Positions 1 through 7,132 of a DNA stretch of 64,000 nt are shown here, piece after piece. Position numbers and translations under genes: made by a program. The first letter of the stretch is position 1; every line of letters begins with the position of its first letter. Below the pieces are notes generated by a model. The model saw only the letters and a program-made list of their open reading frames with translations. It was not told where the DNA came from and did not search any database. This DNA comes from Oligoflexia bacterium (GTDB lineage Bacteria > Bdellovibrionota > UBA1018): the NCBI GenBank assembly GCA_963758495.1, contig CAVWVI010000003.1, positions 1-64,000 of the forward strand, read 5' to 3'.

Positions 1-11
1 GTTACCAAAAA

Positions 12-41
12 ATATAGTCTTATCTAGACAAATCTATAAAA
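12..41 (+). repeat. IS607 left-end subterminal direct repeats (putative TnpA binding sites)
   Basis: ATATAGTCTT / ATCTAGACAA / ATCTATAAAA in tandem; 22-35 is a 13/14 inverted match to 4618-4631. Confidence 0.6.
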
Positions 42-61
42 ATAAGTAATGCAATGAAATC

Positions 62-682
62 ATGCGAGTCAGTATAAACCAAGCAGCTAAGGCTTTAGGT
101 GTGACTATTGAGACTCTTCGTAGATGGGAAGCGGACGGAAAAATTCAGTCTGAACGCACTCCAGGAGGACATCGAAGATATGATTTAACTTCCTTTGGAA
201 CTCGATCGACAGGACCTATTTTGAAGGATGCTCGTCGCACAATTGGTTATGCTCGTGTGTCGGGTCGAGATCAGACTTCGGATTTGAAGCGCCAGATTCA
301 ATTGCTTGAGTCGTTTTGTTCAGCTCGAGGTTGGCAGTATGAAGTATTGAGTGATCTGGGATCTGGACTCAACTTCCAAAAAAAGAACCTCAGACTTTTG
401 ATGAAAAAGATCTGTTCAGGAGAAGTCGATCGGCTTGTATTGACCCACAAAGATCGCCTTTTACGATTCGGATCTGAGCTTGTATTTTCTCTTTGTGAGC
501 AGTTTCAAACTGAAGTAGTGATCATGAATGCGAGCAGTGAACTTTCGTTTGAAGAAGAGTTGGCCCAAGACGTGCTTGAGATCATCACAGTTTTTTCGGC
601 GAGACTCTATGGAGCCAGAAGCCACAAGAATAAAAAAATTGTACAAGCATTGAAAGAGGCTGCTGATGAAGCTTGCGGTTAA
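62..682 (+). CDS. tnpA: IS607-family transposase TnpA (N-terminal MerR-like HTH + serine recombinase)
   Basis: AAKALGVTIETLRRWE...RTPGGHRRY HTH; YARVS catalytic Ser; DLGSGLN; HKDRLLRFG; ELAQDVLEIITVFSARLYG. Confidence 0.95.
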   Translation: MRVSINQAAKALGVTIETLRRWEADGKIQSERTPGGHRRYDLTSFGTRSTGPILKDARRTIGYARVSGRDQTSDLKRQIQLLESFCSARGWQYEVLSDLGSGLNFQKKNLRLLMKKICSGEVDRLVLTHKDRLLRFGSELVFSLCEQFQTEVVIMNASSELSFEEELAQDVLEIITVFSARLYGARSHKNKKIVQALKEAADEACG

Positions 683-1067
683 AATTCCCCTGAACCTCAC
701 TCCCGAGCAGGAGTACTCCTTGGAGGGTCAGTCAAGGATCTGCAATTGGCTTTACAATCGTCTTCTGGAACGAGCCAATCAGGAGAAAGAAGCGTTTAAG
801 CTCACAGGTTCTTCTGAGGCATCGCAAACGGTTTACACGAAACGTGGACTTAGAAATTTGGTACCTGGTCTAAAGAAAGAACACCCTTTTTTACTAACCT
901 CTCATTGTGCGCCCTTAAAAAATGCAGCTTTAAGACTATCTCGATCGATTCAACGATTTCAAAAAAATCGTAAGCTTCCGAAGAATCAGCAACAAAATGT
1001 AGGGTGGCCGAAGTTTCGCTCGTCCAAGAAAAAGTTCTTTTCTTTGGAATATGATGAATATGCAAAC
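666..1067 (+). CDS. tnpB: TnpB RNA-guided endonuclease, exon 1 (134 codons)
   Basis: TnpB-type N-terminus (KIPLNLTPEQ...CNWLYN...GWPKFRS). It ends on a codon boundary (AAC, 1065-1067) immediately before the intron GTGCG. Confidence 0.88.
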
Positions 1068-1344
1068 GTGCGACACGAGGTCGCTCACCATGAGTGAGGT
1101 TAACGCCTCTATACCAGTGTCTAGGTATATCCTCACTTCCCGGAGCGCCACTGGTAACAGTGGGGTTCTAAGCGAGAAGTAATGTCTAAGGACCCTATAA
1201 CCATAATAGGAGACCAGATTAGAGGAAGATAGAAAGGGTTAATGCAAATAAATCTTCGATGAAGCTGCGATAATTCGAACAATCGGAAGATGGCTAATTA
1301 AAGACGATTGAAATGGAGCAGGGGTTGAGAAGCCCAAAATGAAA

Positions 1345-1364
1345 GCCTTCTTGTTAGCGAAGGC
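1345..1364 (+). other. Putative EBS1 stem-loop of the intron
   Basis: Stem GCCTTC/GAAGGC with loop TTGTTAGC; GTTAGC (1353-1358) pairs 5/6 with the exon end GCAAAC (1062-1067). Confidence 0.65.
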
Positions 1365-1666
1365 GCACAGACACCAAAGCTCCCGCAGTACAGAAGAAAC
1401 CCAACCCTATCGAATCTCATATGTGCGGAACGTGGAATCCCAAATGAGTCCGAGATAACTCGGTAAGTCGATCGCAAGAAAGATCTAATTCTCATTGGGG
1501 GACAGGAGGACCTAAGAAGCAAATGCTACCAACCGAAAGGTAAGAGAAATACATAACTCGGTAGATAGGGAAAAAAAAATACCCGCCCTGAAAAGGGAGC
1601 TAACGTGGGTCTGGTGGATTGTCCAAAGTAAGGTGTGAAGTTTCTAAATCTTATGGGAAAAGTTAG

Positions 1667-3406
1667 ATGCGAGTTAAAAGACAAGCAAATGTAACCAAAG
1701 AACAAATTGAATGGGAATCTATCCAGTGGGATGAGGCCAATCGAATTGTAAGAAATCTAAGACACCGGATCTTTCGGGCTTCTCAAGCAGGAGATCTAAA
1801 AAAGGTACGATCTCTACAGAAACTAATGCTGCGATCACGCTCCAACAGCGCTATAAGCGTAAGGAGAGTAACGCAAATTAATTCTGGAAAGAAAACACCT
1901 GGAATCGATAAGGTGGTAGCAAAAGACTCTTTTGAAAGAGGACAACTGCTGAATACTCTATCAGAATACACTCTCTGGAAGGCTAAACCAACTAGAAGAG
2001 TATATATCCCAAAAGCAAACAAGCAACCCCGTCCGTTAGGAATTCCGGTGATTCTCGATCGCTCTCTTCAAGCTATGGTCAAGAATGCACTTGAACCATA
2101 CTGGGAGGCTAAATTCGAAGGATCATGCTACGGATTTCGACCAGGACGGGGCTGTCATGATGCTATAGAGAAAATATTTGGATACGTACGTCCAAGTAAA
2201 GGCAAAAGAGAATGGATCTTAGACGCCGATCTCAAGGGAGCATTTAATGAAATAAATCATGAATTTCTTCTGAAAACCATTGCGGGATTTCCCGGAAGAG
2301 AATTGATAAAACAATGGTTAAAAGCAGGATACATGGAAGATGGGGAATGGAACCCTACTGAAAGTGGGACACCACAAGGAGGGGTCATTAGTCCATTATT
2401 ATTAAATATAGCCCTGCACGGCATCGGAGATGCGTTGAAGGAACAAAGGTATTCACAGAGATATAACAAATTCGTAGAATATGGCTCGCCCAAAAGGGAT
2501 GTGATCATATACGCGGATGATTTAGTCGTGCTCTGTGAATCCAAAGAAGAAGCTGAAAAATCACGTAAGATCCTCGATAACTGGTTAAGACCAAGAGGAC
2601 TTCAATTCTCGGAGGAAAAGACACGAATAGTCCACATCTCCGAAGGATTTGATTTTCTAGGTTTCAATGTCCGACAATATAGCACACCTCGTTCATCTCG
2701 ATCTGGAAAGAAATTGATCATCAAGCCTAGCAAAGCATCCATAATGAAGCTTCGCAAGAACCTGAAGGATAAATGGCTTTCAATGAAAGGGAACTCTCCC
2801 ATTGAGATAATAGGAAAATTCAACTCTATCATTCGTGGGTGGGCTAATTACTTCAGAACCAGTTGTGCAAAACGTATCTTCGGTAAGATGGATAATTGGA
2901 TGTTCAAACGGGAAATGCGATATGTAAAATATCGACACCCCAATAAATCAATGCGATGGATGCGCAATAGATACTGGGGGAAATTCAATGAAAAGCGTAA
3001 CGATAAATGGGTATTCGGGGATAAAGAAACCGGAGCCTACATGTTACGATTCAATTGGTTTCCTATTGAACGTCATACGTTGGTCAAAGGAAGCTCTTCT
3101 CCTGACGATCCGAGCCTAAAATCATATTGGGAATCACGGAAACGAAAAGACATCAAGAACCTCAAACCACAGCAGAAAATCCTCGCAAAAAGGCAGGAAT
3201 TCCGCTGCCCAGAATGTGGGAATGATTTACTGAACGGAGAAGGGCTTCTTGAATATCCAATTATTCGTCCTAAAGTTGGAGGCTCTCCACTAGCTGAGAA
3301 CCGTTACCTCATGCACTACGACTGTCAGCAACTCAGAAACAAACATCGCCGACAGAACCTTAAAGAAACTAAAGATAACTTTAAAAGAAGTGAGCAATCT
3401 GCTTGA
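1667..3406 (+). CDS. ltrA: Group II intron reverse transcriptase/maturase with degenerate C-terminal HNH region
   Basis: GKKTPGID, RRVYIPK..RPLGIP, YGFRPGR, DADLKGAF, GTPQGGVISPLL, YADD, GFDFLGF, X-domain IRGWANYF, then CPEC...HYDC. Confidence 0.96.
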   Translation: MRVKRQANVTKEQIEWESIQWDEANRIVRNLRHRIFRASQAGDLKKVRSLQKLMLRSRSNSAISVRRVTQINSGKKTPGIDKVVAKDSFERGQLLNTLSEYTLWKAKPTRRVYIPKANKQPRPLGIPVILDRSLQAMVKNALEPYWEAKFEGSCYGFRPGRGCHDAIEKIFGYVRPSKGKREWILDADLKGAFNEINHEFLLKTIAGFPGRELIKQWLKAGYMEDGEWNPTESGTPQGGVISPLLLNIALHGIGDALKEQRYSQRYNKFVEYGSPKRDVIIYADDLVVLCESKEEAEKSRKILDNWLRPRGLQFSEEKTRIVHISEGFDFLGFNVRQYSTPRSSRSGKKLIIKPSKASIMKLRKNLKDKWLSMKGNSPIEIIGKFNSIIRGWANYFRTSCAKRIFGKMDNWMFKREMRYVKYRHPNKSMRWMRNRYWGKFNEKRNDKWVFGDKETGAYMLRFNWFPIERHTLVKGSSSPDDPSLKSYWESRKRKDIKNLKPQQKILAKRQEFRCPECGNDLLNGEGLLEYPIIRPKVGGSPLAENRYLMHYDCQQLRNKHRRQNLKETKDNFKRSEQSA

Positions 3407-3480
3407 GCCGTATGATGCGATAAGTATCACGTACGGTTCTGAGAGGAGGGGGATGTAGCAATACATCCCTCTTACTCGAC

Positions 3481-4584
3481 GGGTACAGCATCAAGCGAGT
3501 GAACCATCAATGGTACTTAGATTTATCTTTAGGTGAAAACAAGGAAGGCCCCCTGAAGCATAGGATCGAGATTCAAGAGATGCCTGAGTCCGTAGCGGAT
3601 CAACTTCTTCATGCGGAAAAAGAGCATAAAAGAATGAAGGCACAGAAGAAAAAAGAAAAATCCAAAGAAAAGTTACTCTCGATTCGAAAGCTTCTTTCAT
3701 TCACTGGCATTCGAATTAAAAAAGAAGGGGCTTGTTGGTCAGCTACCTTGAGCATCAATAAAACAATGCCTGCTCCGATTGCCGAAATAAACTCAGTAGC
3801 AGTCATAGATCCCAACCATAAAAATCTAGGATATCTCATTGATACGGAAGCCAATGGGGTCGAAATTGAAAATCTTTGGTTCGTAAAGTCTTTGGATCAA
3901 AGAATAGATGAAATTAAAGCAAGGAGAGATCGATGTAATAAAAACTCAGTTTTAATAAAAAGAGAAGATGGAAGTAAGATGACGCGACCATCCCGAAGAT
4001 GGAAGTTCTTTCAAAAATACTTGGATGAGTTGTATCGGGTGAAACGAGAAAAGATTAAGTCAGCCCTCTATGCAATCTCCAATGCTCTGGTGAAACGCTA
4101 TGATTTTATTGCAGTAGGCGACTACACTCCTCGTGGGGGAGGGATCTCCACTGGAATGAGGCGCTCTATGAATAACCAAAGTCAAATTGGGAAGTTCAAG
4201 CAAACTTTGAGCTGGGTTTGTACCCGTGAAGGGAAGAACTACTTTGAGTGGGATGAAGCTAAGAGCACAAAAACCTGTTCCCAATGTGATCACCCCACAG
4301 GCCCGACTCAAGACCCTTCAGTGAGACAATGGCAATGTGGCCAATGTAAAACTCATCACATCAGGGATGAGAATGCCGCCATGAATGGGTTTAAAAAAGT
4401 TGCTCAGGAAATAAAAATATTACAGGTGCCTTGCTCGGGCCAACTCTGGGAGAAAGTGGAGAAAGAAAAAATTCTCCAGCCCACTCAGAGATGGGCTTGG
4501 CGGTTCCACGGTAGTGGGATTCACGTCTCGCGGGCCAGTGGATGCGTTCAATCGCAACCCCAAGAAATTCAATGTGCTGGTTAA
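3481..4584 (+). CDS. tnpB: TnpB RNA-guided endonuclease, exon 2 (RuvC + zinc finger; 367 aa)
   Basis: In frame with exon 1 after splicing (…YAN|GYSIKRVNHQW…). Contains VAVIDP, IAVGD, WDEAKSTKTCSQC, WQCGQC and RDENAAMN. Confidence 0.9.
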   Translation, partial: GYSIKRVNHQWYLDLSLGENKEGPLKHRIEIQEMPESVADQLLHAEKEHKRMKAQKKKEKSKEKLLSIRKLLSFTGIRIKKEGACWSATLSINKTMPAPIAEINSVAVIDPNHKNLGYLIDTEANGVEIENLWFVKSLDQRIDEIKARRDRCNKNSVLIKREDGSKMTRPSRRWKFFQKYLDELYRVKREKIKSALYAISNALVKRYDFIAVGDYTPRGGGISTGMRRSMNNQSQIGKFKQTLSWVCTREGKNYFEWDEAKSTKTCSQCDHPTGPTQDPSVRQWQCGQCKTHHIRDENAAMNGFKKVAQEIKILQVPCSGQLWEKVEKEKILQPTQRWAWRFHGSGIHVSRASGCVQSQPQEIQCAG

Positions 4585-4663
4585 ACCAGACGTCTTAATC
4601 TAAACTCGATCGTATCCAGATTTGTATAGATTAAGAAGAGCGGCTGCTCGTTCCATACCTCCA
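4423..4663 (+). ncRNA. Putative TnpB omegaRNA (scaffold to ~4643 + flank-derived guide)
   Basis: Position expected for TnpB systems. Hairpins at 4428-4440, 4577-4589 and 4593-4602/4627-4636. Loop TGCTC (4432-4436) is complementary to GAGCG (4638-4642). Boundaries are inferred. Confidence 0.5.
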
Positions 4664-4722
4664 TTCTACCCTAGATTGGACATTTTATGGGGGTAAAAAA
4701 AGTGAGGCGGTCCAGTATTTTG

Positions 4723-4900
4723 CCAAAGCCCCAGCTTTATACCGCCGCAACTCATCCGCCGAAGGCGGGAGACAAGGGGCTCCCGGTAAAAGTGAGGGGT
4801 TTTTGCGGCATGGATGCCGCAGCCGGCGTAGCCGGCGCAAAAAGGGCAGGAGCCCGACCCCGACATCTTTTTACCGGGAAGCCCCTCTGGATTGCTTTGG
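4723..4900. repeat. GC-rich branched palindromic element (REP/MITE-like or structured RNA)
   Basis: Nested inverted repeats CCAAAGC/GCTTTGG and GGGGCTCCCGGTAAAA/TTTTACCGGGAAGCCCC enclose several short hairpins. Confidence 0.6.
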
Positions 4901-4933
4901 AAAATATCAATAAATCCAGTTACACTGAAAGAA

Positions 4934-5374
4934 ATGACTGAAAGTATAAAAACTGTCCTGGATATCCATGCAGAAACCGCTTTATTTGACGGGCAAGTTC
5001 AGGCTCTTGCCGTTACCCTATATGAAAACGAGCGCCCTCCCTGCGGCCTTTCTGGCTTAATGGACTGGCATTTTCGTGGCGCAATATCCCAGTGTATTAA
5101 AGCAGGAGCCATTACTGGAAAAGTAGGAGAATGCATTTATTTCCCATTCACTCGGCATGGCTCTACCTACCATGTCATTTTGGCTGGAGCTGGCCCATCT
5201 GATTCTCCTGGAAAACGACAACCGCCTCCTCCAGATACTCTTGCAGCCTTACAAAAGAATTTAGTCTCATTACAATTACCTCAAGTCTGTATTTCAAAAT
5301 CGGATTTTGGAGAAATAGAGTCCGACTTTTTTGAAAAGCACTTGAAAGGAGTTCCTCTTTGGATCGCACTGTAA
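4934..5374 (+). CDS. Stand-alone M17 leucyl aminopeptidase N-terminal domain-like protein
   Basis: ENERPPCGLSGLMDWHFRGAISQCIKAGAITGKVGE resembles the PepA N-terminal domain. ATG at 4934 is preferred over TTG 4892. Confidence 0.6.
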   Translation: MTESIKTVLDIHAETALFDGQVQALAVTLYENERPPCGLSGLMDWHFRGAISQCIKAGAITGKVGECIYFPFTRHGSTYHVILAGAGPSDSPGKRQPPPPDTLAALQKNLVSLQLPQVCISKSDFGEIESDFFEKHLKGVPLWIAL

Positions 5375-5730
5375 AACCATTTAATTTGGAAATCGCTCGA
5401 AACCTGCTATCCACTTCAGAACAATTTGAACCGTACGTCCCAGAATCACATCAAGATTTGCTATACTCACTCAATCTACTAAAAGACCTCGGTGCGATCA
5501 CTTTACAAAGCCTTCAAGTTAAAAAAACCATGAAAGAAATCCCAGCACCCCCTCCGAACCCCCTTCCTCAGGCCCCTGCCCATTCACCCAAAGATCATAA
5601 AAAGGAATCCCATCCCATGATCAAAGACCAACAGATCTTGGAAGCTTTACTTGAACTACGTAACTCGAATCGACTTTCTAAACGTAGTCTTAGCATGCAC
5701 AGCGCCATCATTCGCTCGAAAAAACCATGA
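5359..5730 (+). CDS. Hypothetical protein with Pro-rich linker
   Basis: 123-aa ORF overlapping both neighbours; start uncertain. Confidence 0.5.
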   Translation: MDRTVKPFNLEIARNLLSTSEQFEPYVPESHQDLLYSLNLLKDLGAITLQSLQVKKTMKEIPAPPPNPLPQAPAHSPKDHKKESHPMIKDQQILEALLELRNSNRLSKRSLSMHSAIIRSKKP

Positions 5731-6239
5731 AACTATTTGAATTCTTAACTCACGTATTATCCGCACACGCTCACACCCTCCAAAGACTTGCTGCTTTTTT
5801 TGGTGAAGAAGAATTTTTAGAAATTCTAGAACTGGCAGGTGACTCTCCAGCAAATGAACTCTCTTCATTTCATTTAGATCCCGATTGGTTCACTTCGTCC
5901 AAGGCCGTAGATCAATCATCTGCCTATCAAAACCTTGAAGGAACTGTAAATGACTTCAAACTTTCCGCCGTACTCGAATTCCACCTCTGGACCTATCCTT
6001 TTTATCGATCTATCATTGAAAGCTCAATCAACCTGAATTCTGATATTCGCCTTTCTAAAGATCACGTGGATGAAGGAATCATTCAGCAAGCAGTTACCGA
6101 AGCAAAGAATTGGGTAAAATCTCTCCCCCTTTCACCTGACCTCAGCCGCCAGGCAGAGCAAATTGCCATTACTCCTTGGGTCAGATTTCGCTCTGAAGTT
6201 CTTAAAAAAATGGGTAAACGTCCGTTTGCTTCGTTATAA
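5727..6239 (+). CDS. Hypothetical protein
   Basis: 170-aa ORF with ATGA overlap to the upstream ORF. Confidence 0.65.
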   Translation: MKLFEFLTHVLSAHAHTLQRLAAFFGEEEFLEILELAGDSPANELSSFHLDPDWFTSSKAVDQSSAYQNLEGTVNDFKLSAVLEFHLWTYPFYRSIIESSINLNSDIRLSKDHVDEGIIQQAVTEAKNWVKSLPLSPDLSRQAEQIAITPWVRFRSEVLKKMGKRPFASL

Positions 6240-6265
6240 TATGAGGAGTAGCACTTAGAGTAGTG

Positions 6266-7132
6266 CTAGGGAAAAAATTCCACCAAATAAGAATATAAAT
6301 TCATAAGCAATGGGGTTTCGTTAGGCCTAAATGGATAAGAAATCACTTTAACTTGAGGATGTGAATCAATCATCTTTTGTGTAAGCAAATTATTTCCAGC
6401 CGCAATAAAGTTGAAGCCATATTTAGTTTCAAAAATCCCTGTTTTAAGCAATAAGGTTTTCCAGACTTGTTCATCACTTCCATAATCAAGCCCTATAGTC
6501 AGATTATTGAAATAACCTTCTTTTTTAGCTAAAAAAGCAAGATAAATGACAAAAAAAGGATTTGTTGAACTGATCATCACTTGATCTAATTTATTTAACT
6601 TACTCTTTAGAAATCGACTTACAATTCGAGCGTCATGATCAATAGTTGATAAATTGGATGAATAATCTTTAATATCAAGCCAGAATATAATTTGATCAAT
6701 ATACTTATCAAACACTTCATCTAAAAATGAAAATTTGTTATTTTTTCCATATTTATGGGTAAAAACTTTACCATTTCTCTCATAAGTAAGTTCATCTGCA
6801 ATCACTAGTTCCTTAATCTTTTCTCGTGAAAGATTTTGAATCAATAAATCTTCATGCGGGGAAATAATCTCTTTTACATTCTCATCATGATTACAGACAA
6901 TATCACCCGATTTTGTAACCATGATATCTAAATCAATAATAGGAACACCCCTCTGAATAGAGGCCACAATCCCATCTTCAGTATTTTCTTGGGCTTCATT
7001 CATAATCCCCCTATGTGCACTCACCCAAGGAGGAGCGTGGCCAGGAGCCTCTGGCGGTCGGGCCATACCATACGCAGTTGAGAAGCCTAAAAACAATAAA
7101 CTTAATAAATAGACTGCTATAGATCCATCCAA
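6266..7132 (-). CDS. Glycerophosphodiester phosphodiesterase family protein, probably exported
   Basis: SAHRG, ENT, IDLDIMVTKSGDIVCNHD, WLDIK motifs; hydrophobic N-terminus. Confidence 0.85.
   Translation of the reverse strand: MDGSIAVYLLSLLFLGFSTAYGMARPPEAPGHAPPWVSAHRGIMNEAQENTEDGIVASIQRGVPIIDLDIMVTKSGDIVCNHDENVKEIISPHEDLLIQNLSREKIKELVIADELTYERNGKVFTHKYGKNNKFSFLDEVFDKYIDQIIFWLDIKDYSSNLSTIDHDARIVSRFLKSKLNKLDQVMISSTNPFFVIYLAFLAKKEGYFNNLTIGLDYGSDEQVWKTLLLKTGIFETKYGFNFIAAGNNLLTQKMIDSHPQVKVISYPFRPNETPLLMNLYSYLVEFFP

Larger units (their letters stand above)
1068..3480 (+). mobile_element. Group II intron (probably IIB / chloroplast-like class) with intron-encoded RT
   Basis: 5' GTGCG at 1068. 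Domain V GAGCCGTATGATGCGATAAGTATCACGTACGGTTC at 3405-3439 with AGC triad. Domain VI hairpin 3441-3480 with bulged A3474 and 3' AC. RT ORF lies inside. Confidence 0.95.
1..4643 (+). mobile_element. IS607-family insertion sequence (tnpA + intron-interrupted tnpB); left end may be clipped by the window start
   Basis: MerR-HTH/serine recombinase tnpA overlaps tnpB. 10-bp-periodic imperfect direct repeats lie at the left end (12-41), with related motifs on the opposite strand at the right end. A putative GG terminal dinucleotide is at 4642-4643; the exact right boundary is inferred. Confidence 0.88.

Noticed and set aside
666..1097. 143-aa ORF treated as a truncated tnpB pseudogene, and 3499-4584 as a separate gene
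   Set aside because: The last 9 residues (VRHEVAHHE) are intron read-through, and the GTG at 3499 is an internal Val; the two parts join in frame on splicing.
1667..3406. RT as a retron, DGR, CRISPR-associated or defence RT
   Set aside because: It has the maturase X domain and is embedded in canonical group II intron ends with domains V and VI.
4640..4670. Possible start of a minus-strand gene interrupted by the IS (ATGGAGGTATGGAACGAGCAG)
   Set aside because: The rest would lie beyond the left window edge, so it cannot be tested here.
3481..4900. TnpB as a Cas12 with a CRISPR array
   Set aside because: No regularly spaced direct repeats or cas genes were seen in the window; the context is IS607 tnpA.
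4666..4941. Short ORFs 4666-4866 (-) and 4687-4941 (+)
   Set aside because: They lie over the GC-rich palindromic element, which suppresses stop codons; no protein motifs.
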